From NCBI RefSeq assembly GCF_009914755.1, contig NC_060927.1: 64,000 nucleotides of DNA. The stretch is one strand, 5' to 3'. The notes beneath the pieces were generated by a model, which was not told where the DNA came from, did no database searches, and worked only from the letters and a program-made list of their open reading frames with translations. This stretch comes from the human T2T-CHM13v2.0 reference genome, Homo sapiens. The first letter of the stretch is position 1, and each line of letters opens with the position of its first letter. Positions 1 through 13,120 of this stretch are shown in pieces. The position numbers and the translations under genes are program-made.

Positions 1-1627
1 TCCCAGTGTAGTTATCACTGTCTCCATCATTGTATAATGCTGAATTCCCCATTAGGCCTATCACTTTATCTTTTGACTAACAGCATTGTTTATCTACAAA
101 ATTATTCACTGTTAACTACAGAGGCCACATAATTATTTGACTCACCCAAACTCTTTAATTCAAATAATTAATATACAATGAGCAATCAATAACTATTACT
201 TAGAAGGTAATTAATTAAACCCCCAATAACAAGAACATTTTTATATAGCTGTACAGTTTTCTGATGTAAACATTTTAATATTAAGTTTTTTAATTTTGCA
301 AAGAAAGAACTATATTTTTGCCCTACGTTGTTTTTTTTCCACCTAGCTTTAGAGTTTAGGAATATTAAAGATTTTGTTTTTAATTCCATACATGTTGAGA
401 TAAGCTCTGAAATATTTTCCAATAAAGAAGCACAAGTTTTCCTTAAGCTGTAAAGCAACAGTGGGATATTAAATATTTAAAACCCCCACAAAGTTTTCTC
501 TCTTAGCTGCCAACCCTCTCTAAAAAAAATGCATTAAAAGAATTCCCTCCAGTCTCCATAAGAGCCTCACATTTCATTAATAAAGGTAATACCTTTTCCT
601 CTATGCTGTAAATAAATCTAAAATTTCTTCTTACTGAAAACTCCTCAGAGTAAACATATACAATTTTTTTTTTCTTATCAAGCTGTAAGGAGGCCCCCAA
701 ATAGATTTTTCCCACCTACAAATAACCAGGCAGTAGTTATTGGGAAGTGCCATATGTTTCTCGGTCTGGCACCTTGGTAAGTGGCTTTTTAATTTTCTTC
801 CAGTTGGAGATGTGCCACGTCAAACTGTAATACTAATAAATAAGACAAATAGTTCAGCATCTTTTTAATTTCTTAAGTATATTTTTGGGCATATTTAACT
901 CACCAGAATTGGGAGTTGACATATGTAATATCCATATTTCTTTTGGGTAAATAAAACAGTGATTTACTAATGAATAAACATTCTTCAATTATTTTTTGAC
1001 GCTTAAGATTTTCTCTGAAATGCTGTATTTTAAAATTTTGGCCTCATTTTTTTTTCTGCTAGCCTTTTACTTGGTAGTTCTCTCTTCTTGCTTTTTGCAC
1101 CGCGTTATGTTAGCTCAAAGAGACATTTCTTTCAGTCTCAAAGTGTGACTAAAACATAAAATATTAAGCTGCAACTTTTGATAATCACATAGTGACTATG
1201 GTAATATGTAAATGTTTCTCTTTCAGAGTCAACATTTCAGGTAATTTTGTTCCCTTTAAAATTCATTTTTCAGTCTAAATTCATTTATGTTCAGCATAAA
1301 TCTTTAAAAGTTATTTTTGCTCAACGTATTATTGGTGGGTGATATAGTAACATTAAGAATAAAAGTAGTAAATAACATCACACTAGGAAATGTTTTAAAT
1401 GATTTATTTGCCACAAAATAATACAGTTAAATCAAAGAAAATGTGTAATGCTTTTTAGTTTCAAAAACTAAATGAAAAGACTGCTTAATACATACGTACA
1501 CAAACTGCATAAGGAGTAGATGTGTTGTATTGATTTGAAATTTACAGAACTACCATAGTGTAGAGAAATTCTGAAAGCTTTTCTGTTTTTTCTTAACCTG
1601 TTGAGAAGTGGAATGAAATTAAGCCTG

Positions 1628-2030
1628 GGTGGTAGCCTCCGAAGATGACTGCCATCACTTCTGTCTGTGTCTGTGCATGAAAACCACTCCTCCTTCCAAA
1701 GGTACTACCAGCTGAATTCTCCCTGCAATTCTGAGCTGGTTCTGCAACTGCTCCAATTAACAAAGTGTCGTGGAAGTAGCATTCCAGAGGCTTTAAGAGG
1801 ACAGAGAGCTTCCTATTCCTTCCTTTTGCAGCATTCCCTTTTGTAACCCAGGTGCCTTGCTATGAGGAAACCCTAATAGTTGCATTGGATAGCTCCACAT
1901 AGAAAAGAACTGGGTGCTCTGGCTGACAGCCCCAACTGAGCTCTCATCTGGTAGCCAGCATCAATTTTCAGCTATATGATTAAGACTATTTGGACCTTGC
2001 AGCCACCTCAGCATCCCACTTGTGTCACAG
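1628..2030 (+). mobile_element. Old MaLR solo LTR fragment (MLT1-type)
   Basis: Starts GTGGTAGCCTCCGAAGATG; contains MLT1-like CTGACAGCCCCAACTGAGCTC...GCCAGCATCAA...; subfamily not resolved. Confidence 0.6.
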
Positions 2031-2034
2031 GAAG

Positions 2035-2037
<3 letters not shown>

Positions 2038-2067
<30 letters not shown>
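2038..2067. repeat. (CA)n microsatellite, about 15 units
   Basis: Directly visible ACACAC tract. Confidence 0.95.
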
Positions 2068-2068
<1 letters not shown>

Positions 2069-3116
2069 AAGCAACCCAAATGTATGGACATGTGACTGGT
2101 GTAAGCATGTGATTCTGAGTAAGGGAAAAGACAAGACTAGGTCAGATAATTGCAGTGATCTCTGAGGGATCAGGGAAACCAAGGGACAAGGGAGTGTGCA
2201 AAGCAAGTTTAGCATTCTCAACTCTTCACTTGTTTAGTTTCTCATAATGAATCTGAGGTGAAGTAATGTCCTTATCAAGTGCTCGGGATTAACGAGAAAG
2301 GACTAGATAATTATCTAAAAAGTCTGTCTTACTTTTAGCCAATCAATATGCAGCAAAGCTCTTCTTAATTTAATAATAAATATATATCCGAAGTACATCT
2401 GGAGTTGGTCAAGGGTCAGGTCTCCTTCATCCCATCCACTGACCCAATGTCTTCTCAAAGAGTGCTGATCTTGTCTTCTTTCCTCCTTTAGAACAAATTC
2501 TGTGCTATCAGTTTGTGTTCTTCCCCTCTACAACCCCCTTCTTGTTGTTCTCGAGAGAGCTCCTAATCCTCTCATTTGGAGAAGGTATTTTGAGGGAACC
2601 TCCCTTTAAGAGTGTATCCTCAAAGTCTGCTGTTTCCAAGACAATCCTACATTTCACTGCTGGTTTTAATGCCAGTTTTTCTTAGCGTTATTAAGGATGG
2701 TTACGCTAAAATGGTTCCAGTCTCTCTTTTCTGTTCTCAGTTGCTTTATAGAAGCCTATCTTGTTTTTCTTTGCACTTTGTATTCTGTATCTTAGGCAAC
2801 CTCTCTTGCCCCCCACCCCACAAACCTTCACAAAAAAACAGCCTCAGATTCAAAATCAGTGTTTTATTTTTTTAAATTGAGTTTTATAAGAATAGTTTTG
2901 GGCCCTCAACTCTTTTGATGAAATTAGTCTACTTATGTAGATAAAAACAATTTTTCTCCCCCAGAAATGAAAAATGCCTTCGCTTTTGTTACTGAGAGAC
3001 CAACAAGACCTTGTTAAATTTAAATTTAAATTCTGTGTAGTTCAGAACGACTCATCTGAGTGGCCTACAGATTTTCTGGATTAATGAATCTTTTCCTTTA
3101 TTAATATCTCTTCACA

Positions 3117-4035
3117 GGCTGAGCATGGTGGCTCATGCCTAAAGTTTCAGTGTTTTGGGAGGCTGAGGCAGGAGGATTGCTTGAGGTCAGGGGTTTGAAA
3201 CAGGCCTGGGCAACATAGCAAGAAATTTAAAAAATTAGCTGGATATGGTGTTGCATGCCTGTAGTCCCAGCTACGTGGGAGGCTGAGGTGAGAGGATTGC
3301 TTGAGCCCAATAGTTCGAGGTTCCAATGAGCTATTGATACAGGAGATAGAAACAAATTATTTAGGCAGATAATGAGGGCAAAAGATTCCTTAGCAGAACT
3401 TCCTTTCTAACAAACAGCAGCGCCCAAAATTATTTTTTTCTAACAAAATCATCTTGAAAGATTGAGCTGCAAACATAGATCAGGAAGCTGGAATCTCGCA
3501 TGGGGAATGTTGGCAGCTGCATCAATAGAAAAGCATTACCTGGGGGCCAGGCATGTCTACCATGGAAGCTCCATTTTCCCTTTTTCATTAGCACATGTAC
3601 AGTAAGACAAATGGGCAACATGGCGCAGCTCAGGCTGAAAACCCGCCTGCATAATAAAAGACTGTGGTGGCGGCTGCCAGAAATTCTCACCCTATGCAAA
3701 TGACACACCTGTTTCTAACCAGTTTTTAATGCCCTGTGTAGATCAGACACTGCCTCCCCACCAGCTCATCTATTAAGCCCCCTGCATTTCATGGCAGATC
3801 CACAATTGTTTTTCCAGGACCCCTGTCTGTACCAGAGAGCTATTCTCTCTCTTTCACCTATTAGACTTCTGCTCTTAACCTCACTCTTTGTGTGTCCATG
3901 TCCTTGATCCTCGTGGCCATGAGACAATGAACTTCAGGTGTCACTCCAGACAGTGAGACTGGTTTACTATGATAGTGCCACTGCATTCCAGCCTGGGTGA
4001 CAGAGAACTTGTCAAAAAAAAAAAAAGAGAGAGAA
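3117..4035 (+). mobile_element. AluJ split by an LTR insertion (Alu parts 3117-3334 and 3971-4035)
   Basis: GGCTGAGCATGGTGGCTCATGCC start; J-type GAGGATTGCTTGAGCCC; resumes GATAGTGCCACTGCATTCCAGCCTGGG plus A tail; imperfect TSD AATATCTCTTCACA (3103-3116) / AATATCTCACCACA (4036-4049). Confidence 0.9.
3335..3966 (+). mobile_element. ERV1-class solo LTR (MER50-like)
   Basis: Begins TGATACAGGAGATAGAAACAAATTATTTAGGCAGATA; ends ...GAGACTGGTTTA (terminal CA>TA); perfect 4-bp TSD CTAT (3331-3334, 3967-3970). Confidence 0.8.
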
Positions 4036-7000
4036 AATATCTCACCACAAATTTTTGGGATGCCAAAGCCTCTGAAAGAGAATATTCAGGGACAAGAGAC
4101 TAGATATTAAGGTATTCTTTTCACATCATGGTAAAACTTCTCCTTGCCCAACCATGTGAGTGACTGCTTTGCTTATGTATCCCTGACTCCATGGTCTTTC
4201 CTGGCTTCTCACTGGTCTGGTTTCTGAACTTGGTGGCAGTGTGAGGCTGTTCATTTAGTTCTTTTGTTAACTGCTGCTACTGGCTACTTTAAATGATTTG
4301 GTGAAGTATACTTGTCCCTGAAGGTATTGAGACTGTAGGAAGTAATTTTTAAGAATTTTAAAGTTGATTAAAACACACACAGAGGCATGACTTAAAAACA
4401 ACTATGAAACAAACAAAAAAAACTAAAATAAGGACATTATAGCAGGAAGAAAATACTTTTCTATAACAAAAGCAAGATGAAGTCAAAGCTCAAAAATCAT
4501 TGAAGTCCATTAAGTCATCCAAAGTAGTTTATGCATTATTGGTATGAGACAAAAATGTAGACAGTTAATGGCAGGTACTGACGCCAACACAGTAACACCA
4601 GGATCAATATTAACTGTATGAAAGGTTTTGTAAATGGAATCTAATAGCAAATCAATCTATTTGAAACAAATTAAAACATATTATGAAATTATACACTCTA
4701 AAATAACCAATTATGACTTAGTTATTAGACTGTACTGATTTTTTGATAGGGTGTTCAGAAATATAGGGGTCATGTAAAAGTAATTGCTTAAAAATTCAGA
4801 GGAACTGTGAAGTATCACTCTTTTTCTGAAGAAAAAAAGAAATAAAATTACATTTCAAACACTTAAAAATAAAAGCAAAGCTGGCAGATAATAATTCAGG
4901 GCAATTTAAACATAGATTAAATCAATTTCTTAATTTGATAAAATGCCCAGCTCTCAAGCATGGAGAGAAGCTTATTTGAAGAACTGGGACCCTTGGGTAT
5001 ATAGAGGTCATTTCTGTATTAAAGAGGGCAATACATTATTTGCAAAATGCCACTCTTTGTACACATTTGTGATGAGTTTCTTGAAAATTAGTAATAGTCT
5101 TCAGAAATAGCTACTGTCAGTCTCTGTGGATTCTCACAATGTATATTGTACCATAAATACCACATTCATTACTAGTAAGATTAAAATGATATATTAGTAG
5201 GATGAAAATGGCTGATGACAGATGGTCTAACCCTATATTGGCATGCACCAATGGGGAAAAAAAGGTATTTTATTTAGACAAAGAAATACAATAAAGGATG
5301 ATAGGAAAAATAATTTATTAAAAGTTTAAATAATCTTAGTTGCAGTTCATCTTATATCTCAAAAAACTCCAATTTTTTGGGAAGCAGAGCAAGATGACAG
5401 AATAGAAGTCTTCACCAATTTTCTCCCCACACTCCCACAAGGACACCAATTTAATAACTATCTACATAGAAAAATAACATTTATTAGAACCAAAAGTCAG
5501 GTATGAGGACTCATAGCACTTGATTTTAATTCTGTATCTCTGAAGGAGGTGCTGAAGAGGTAGATAAAACAGTCTTGAATTGCTGACACCACCCCTACCA
5601 CCCCCTGACAAGGGTGGCAGGTTGCAGAGAGCATCTCTGGGCTCTGGGGGAGGTAAAACACAGCAATTGTGAGGCATTGAACTCAGCGCTATCCTATTAG
5701 GGCAGAAAGGAAAACCAGACCTAACTCAGCTGATGCCTGCCCATGGAGAGAGCATTTAAACCAGCCCTAGCCAGAGGGGAATCACCAGTGCCAGCAGGCT
5801 GAACTTTAGTTTCTACAAACCTTGTCGCCATGGGCTATAGTGATCTGTGCTCCAAATAACTTTGAAAGCCAGCATAGGCCATAAGGACTGCAACTCATAG
5901 GCAAGTCCTAGGGCTGAACTGAGCCCAGAGACAGTGGACTGGGATAGAGCGTGTGATCTGCTGAGGCACTAGGTAGGGTGGCTAAGAGAGTGCTGGCATC
6001 ACCCCTCCTCTAACCCCAGGCTGTACAGCATGCAGCTCCCAAAGAGATCCCTTCTTTTCACTTGAGGAGAGGAGAAGAAAGACAGGGGAGAACTTTGTCT
6101 TACATCGTGGATACCAACATAGCTACAGCAGGATAGGGCACCAGTCGAGTCATGAGGCCCCTGTCCCAGGCCATAGCTTCTGGATGACATTTCTAGATAC
6201 ACTGTAGGCCAGAAAGGAACCCACTGCCTCAAAGGAAAGGACCCAGTCCTGGCAGCATTTATCATCTGTTAACTGAAGAGCCCTTGGACCCTGAATAACA
6301 AGTAGTGATACCCAGGTGCTACTTCAAGGGCCTTGAGCGAGCCTCTGAGAATTGCTGGATTTAGGAACCACCATGGCTACAGAGAAGTGTAGCTCCAAAT
6401 GGGCTCTTAGTGTCCCCAAATCCAGGACTAGACTCTTAGATGGCATCTCTGGACCTGCCCTGGGCCAGAAGAGAGCCCACTCCCTGAAGGGTGAGTCCCA
6501 AGTCAGGAAACATTCACCACAAGCTGACTTAAGAGCCCTTGGGCCTTAAGGGAAAGTTGGTGGTAGTCTGGCAGCACTCTTCATAACCTGTAGTGGTGGA
6601 GGCTATGGGGTGAGTCTCCTCTACCTTTGGAGAGGGGAGGGAAGACTGGAAAGGACTGTGCTTTGTGGTATGCATGCCAGCTCAGTCACAGTAAAATAAA
6701 ACACCAGGCAGATTTCTAAGGCTTTGGACCATAGTCCCTAACTCCCAGATGGCACCTCTGGACCCACCGGGGAGCTGGGGGCCCTCACCACCCTAAAGGG
6801 AAAGACACAGACCTGACTGGCTTTGCTACCTGCTCATTTTACATCCCCAGGGCCTTGAGCAAACAAAGGGAGTAGCCAGGGAGTGGTTATAGCAGGCATT
6901 GGGCAACACCCAGTATTGTGTCAGCTTCAGGTCTGACCCTGCACAGTCATAGTGGTGGTGGCAAAAGGGGTGATTCTGTCACTCCACCCACCCCTAGTTT

Positions 7001-7339
7001 AGGTCACAACACAGAGACACTTTGCTTGTTTGAGAGAAAGTAAGGGAAGAGAACGAGTCTCTGCCTGGTAATCTACACAATTTTCTCAGATTTTGTCCAA
7101 GATCATCAAGGCGTACCTCTATGAGTCTGCAAGAACCATGGCATTACTGGGCTAAGTGTGCCTCCTAAAGCAGATACAGCTTAGATCACAACCCTCAAAT
7201 TCTTTTAAATATCTGGGAAGTCTTCCCAAGAAGAATTGGTACAAACAAGCTCAAACAGTGAAGACTGCAATTAATGCCTAACTCTTCTGTGCCCAGACAC
7301 CAAAGAACATCTACTAGCATCAACACCATCCAGGAAAAT

Positions 7340-8252
7340 GTGACTTCACCAAATGAACTGAATAAGTCATGAGGGACCGATCCTGGAGGAAAAAAACAAA
7401 AAATATGTGACTTTTCAGATGGAGAATTCAAAATAGCTGTGTTGAGGAAGCTCAAAGAAATTCAAGATAACAAAGAGAAGGATTTCAGAATTCTATCAGA
7501 TAAATTTAATGAAGAGATTGAAATAATTAAAAAGAATCAATCAGAAATTCAGGGGCTGAAAAATGCAATTCACATACTGACGAATGCATCAGAGTCTTTT
7601 AACAGCAGAATTGATCAAGCAGAAGAAATAATTGGTGAGTTTGAAGCCAGGCTATTTGAAAATACACAGTCAGAGGAGAAAAAGGGAAAAAATTATTAAA
7701 AAAACAATGAAGCACACATACAGGATCTAGAAAATAGCCTCGAAAGGGCAAATCTAACAGTTATTGTCCTTAAAGAGGAGGTAGAGAAAGCAATAGGGGT
7801 GGAAAGTTTATTCAGAGGGATAAAAATAGAAAACCTCCCCAACTTAGAGAAAGATATCTATATATTCAAGTACAAGAAGATTGTAGAACACAAAGCAGAT
7901 TTAACCCAAAGAAGACTACCTCAAGGCATTTAATAGTGAAACTCCCAAAGGTCAAAGATAAAGAAAGGATCCTAAAGCAGCAAGAGAAAAGAAACAAATA
8001 ACATACAATGGAGCAGCTGACTTCTCTGTGGAAACCTTACGGGCCATGAGACAGTGGCATGACATATTTAAAGTGCTGAAGGAAAGAAACTTTTACCCTA
8101 GAATAGTATATTTGTTGAAAATATTCTTCAAACGTGAAGGAGAAATAAAGACTTTCCCAGACAAACAAAAGCTGAGGTATTTAATCAACACCAGACCTGT
8201 CTTACAAGTAATGCTAAAGGGAGTACTTCAGTCAGAAAGAAAAGGACTTTAA
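7340..8252 (+). pseudogene. Disrupted L1 ORF1p coding remnant
   Basis: ORF-track fragments 7439-7699 and 8028-8252 resemble the ORF1p coiled-coil and C-terminal domain; stops and frameshifts lie between them. Confidence 0.85.
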
Positions 8253-8732
8253 TGAGAAGTGATCACCTGAAGGTATAAAACTCACTGGTAACAGTACACA
8301 GAAAAACCCAGAAAATTGTAACACTGTAATTGTGATGTGTAAACTACTTTTATTCCAAATGAAAAGACTAGCCAATGAACCAATATAAAATAATAACAAT
8401 TGTCAAGACATTGACAGTACAATGAGATTTAAATAGAAACAACACAAAGTTAAAAAGTGGGGGAATAAAGTTAAGGCATAGAGTTTTTATTGATTTTCTT
8501 TTTCTTATTTATTTGATTGTTTATGTAAACTGTTACGTAGTTATCAAGTTGAAGTAATGGGTTATAAGATAGTATTTTCAAGCCTCATGGTAGCCTCAAG
8601 AAACATGCAACTAATACACAAAAAATAAAAAGCAAGAAACTAAATCATATCACCAGAGAAAATTACCTTCACTAAAGGAAGACATGAAGGAAAGAAAGAA
8701 GGAAAAGACCACAATCAGCAAGCAAATAACAA

Positions 8733-9054
8733 GGCTGGGCGTGGTGGCTCAGGCCTGTAATCCCAGCACTTTGGGAGGCTGAGGCAGGTGGATCACAAGG
8801 TCAGGAGATCGAAAACATCCTGGCTAACATGGTGAAACCCCGTCTCTACTAAAACTACAACAAATTAGCCAGGCATGGTGGTGGGTGCCTGTAGCCCCAG
8901 CTACTTGGGAGGCTGATCCCAGCTACTCAGGAGGCTGAAGCAGGAGAATGGCATGAACCCAGGAGGCGTAGCTTGCAGTGAGCTGAGATCGTGCCACTGC
9001 ACTGCAGCCTGGGCGACAGAGCAAGACTACATAAAAAAAAAAAAAAAAAAAAAA
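8733..9054 (+). mobile_element. AluY inserted in the L1 inter-ORF region
   Basis: Y-type GGAGATCG...CCTGGCTAAC, GGAGAATGGCATGAACC, GCTTGCAGTGAG; perfect 13-bp TSD AAGCAAATAACAA (8720-8732, 9055-9067). Confidence 0.95.
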
Positions 9055-9068
9055 AAGCAAATAACAAA

Positions 9069-12000
9069 ATGGCAGGATTAAGTCCTTATTTAGCAATAAT
9101 AAGCTTGAATATAAGGGGGTGAAACTCTCCAATCAAAAGATATAAGAGTAGCTGAATGGATGAATAAACAAGACACATTGATCTGTATTTACAAGAAACA
9201 TACTTCACCTATAGAAACACACATAGACTGAAAACAAAGAGATGGAAAAAGATAATCCATGCCAATGGAAACCACAAAAGGGCCGGAGTAGCTATACTTA
9301 TGTCAGACAAAATAGATTTCAAGACAAAAACTGTAAGAAGAGACAAAGAAGTTCACTGTATAATGATAAAGAGATCAATTCAGCCATATATTGGCTCCCA
9401 GTAAATATATATGCACCCAACACTGGAGCACCCAGATATATAAAGCAAATATAATTAGAGCTAAAGTGACAGATATGTCCAAGACAATAATAACTGGGGA
9501 CTTTAACAAAGAAACTTCAGGCTTAATCTGCACTATTGGCCAATGGGATCTAATAGATATTTACAGAACATTTCATCCAGCAGCTGCAGAATACACATTC
9601 TTTTTCTCAACACATGGATTATTCTCAAGGATAAACCATATGTTGGGTCACAAAACAAGTCTGAAATCATTGGAAAAAATTGAAATAATATCAACCATCT
9701 TTTCTGACCATGATGGAATAAAACTAGAAATTAATTACAAGAGGAATTTTGGAAAATATAAAAATACATGGAAATTAGGCAATATGCTCCTGAATGACCA
9801 GTAGATCAATGAAGAAATCAAGAAGAAAATTTTAAAATTTCTTGAAACACATGATAATGGAAATACATCCCACCAAAACCTACGGGAAACAGCAGAAGTA
9901 GTACTAAGAGGGAAACTTATAGGTACAAGTGCCTACATCAAAAAAGTAGAAAAACCAAATAAGCAATCAAATGATGCATCTTAAAGAACTAGAAAACCAA
10001 AAGCAAACCAAACCTAAAATTAGTAGAAGAAAAGAAATAATAAAGATCAAAGCAAAAATAAATACAATTGAAATGAAGAAAACAATACACAAAAATCAAT
10101 GGAATGAAAAGTTGAATAAAAATTGACAAACCTTTAGCCAGACTAACTAAGAAAAGAGAGAAGATACAAATAAATAAAATCAGTAATAATAAAACAAGAC
10201 GCAACTAGTACTGCACAAATTTAAAGGAACATTAGAGGCTACTATGAGAAACTATATGCCAATGAATTGGAAAATCTAGAATAGACAAATTCCTATACAC
10301 ATACAACCTATTGAGATTGAACCAGGAAGAAGTCCAAAACTTGCATAGACCAATAACAAATTAAGAGATCAAAGTATTCCAGTAAAGAAAAGCCTGCAGC
10401 CCAATGGCTTCACTGCTGAATTCTACAAAACCTTTAAGGAAGAGCAAACAGCAATCCTACTAAAACTATTACAAAAAACAGAGGAGGAGGGAATACTTTC
10501 AAATTCATTATATGAGGCCAATATTACCCTGATACTGAAATCAAAGACACATCAAAAAAGAAAAAAAGGAAAACTGTAGGCCAATATCTCTGATAAAAAT
10601 TGATGCAAAAATCCTCAACAAAATCCTAGCAGACTGAATTTAACGATACATTAGAATGATCATTCAACATGACCAAGTGAGATGTATTCCTGGGATGCAA
10701 GGATGGTTCAACATATGCAAATCAAACAATGTAATACATTGTATCAACATAATTAAGGATAAAAGTCATATAATCATTTCATCTGATGCTGAAAAAGCAT
10801 TTGATAAAAGTCAACATCACTTCATGATAAAAACGCTTGAGAAACTGATGTAGAAGTAACATAACTCAAAATAATAAAAACCATGTATAACAGACCTATA
10901 GCTAGTATCATACTGAATGGGGGAAAATTGAAAGCCTTTCCTACAAGATCTGAAACATGACAAGATGTCCACTTTCACAACTGTTATTCAGCATGGTACT
11001 GAAAGTCCTAGCTAGAAAAGTCAGACAAGAGAAAGAAATAAAAGTAATCCAAGCTGGAATGGAAGGAGTCAAATCATCCTTGTTTGCAGATAATATAACC
11101 TACTTTTGGAAAAATCTAAAGGCTCCACAGTTTGTTTGAACTGATAAACAAATTCAGTAAAGTTGCAGGATATGAAATCAATATACAAATATCAGTAGCA
11201 TTTATATATGCCAATAGTGCAAAATCTGAAAATAAATAAAAAAGTAATCCCATTTACAATAGACACACATAAAATTAAATTCCTAAGAATTAACCAAAGA
11301 GGTGAAATATTTCTATAATGAAAACTACAGAACACTGATGAAAAATACAGGACACTAAAAAAATGGAAAAGCATTCCATGTTCATGGATTGGAAGAATCA
11401 ATATTGTTAAAATGTCCATACTACCCAAAGCAATCTACAGATTCAATTCAATTCCTATCAAAATACCATTGATATTCTTTAAAGAAATAGAAAAAAGAAT
11501 TCCGAAATGTATCTAGAACAACAAAAGACCCCCAAACAGCCTAATTTATCCTAAGCAAAAATAACTAAACTGGAGAAATCACATTACTTGACTTCAGATT
11601 ATACTACAGAGCTATTGTAATTGAACCAGCATGATATTGGCATAAAAACAGACATGTTGATCAATGGAACAGAATAGGGAACCCAGAAACAAATCCACAT
11701 ATGTACAGTTAATTTATTTTTCACAAAGTTACCAAGAACAAAAACTGTGGGAAAGACAGTCTCTTCAATCAATAGTGCTGGGAAAACTGAATATCCATAA
11801 GCAGAAGAATGAAACGAGACCCCTATCTCTCACCATATACAAAAATTACGTCAAAGGGGATTAAAAACTTACATCTAAGACCTCAAAGTATGAAACTGTT
11901 ATAAGAAAACATTGGGGAAAATCTCCAGGACATTGGTCTGGGCAAATATTTCTTGAGCAATACCCACAAGCACAGGCAACCAAAACCAAAGTGGACAAAT

Positions 12001-12720
12001 GGGATCACATCATGTTAAGAAGCTTCTGCATAGCAAAGGAGACAATCAACAAAGTGAAGAGACAATTCACAGAATGGGGGTAAATATTTGTAAACTGTCT
12101 ATCTGAGAAGGGAATAATAACTAGGATGTATGAGTGGCTCAAACAACTCTAATTTGTTGTTAGAACATCTAGGAAAAAATCTAATAATTCAATCAAAAAT
12201 GAGCAAAAAATTTGAACAGACATTTCTCAAAAAAGACATACAAATGGAAAACAGGCATATGAAAAGGTACTCAATATCATTGATCATCAGAGAAATGCAA
12301 ATCAGAACTGCAATGAGATATCATCTCATCCCAGTTAAAATGGCTTATATCCAAAAGACAGACAATAACAAATGATTGTGAGGATGTGGAGAAAAGAGAA
12401 CCTTCATACATTGTGGGAATGTAAATTAGTACAACTACTAAGGATAACAGTTTGGTGGTTCCTCAAAATGCAAAAGATAGAGCTACTATATGATCCAGCA
12501 TTCCCACTGGTGAGTATATATCTACAAGAAAGGAAATCAGTATATTGAAGAGATATCTGCACTCCCATGTTTGTTACAACACTATTCTCAATAGCTAAGA
12601 TTTGGAAACAACCTAGTGTCCATTAACAGATAAACGGATAAAGAAAATGTGGTACATATACACAATGGAGTGCTGCTCAGCCAGAAAAAAAGAATGAGAT
12701 CCTGTTATTTGCAACCACCG
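9069..12720 (+). pseudogene. Disrupted L1 ORF2p (endonuclease / reverse transcriptase) remnant
   Basis: ATG GCA GGA TTA AGT CCT TAT (MAGLSPY) at 9069; EN, RT and C-terminal motifs occur in several frames with many stops. Confidence 0.88.
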
Positions 12721-12741
12721 AGATGGAACGGAAGATCATTA

Positions 12742-13120
<379 letters not shown>

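Noticed and set aside
9391-9804. 137-aa ORF with nuclease motifs
   Set aside because: Fragment of decayed L1 ORF2p with an internal deletion and surrounding stops; not a functional gene
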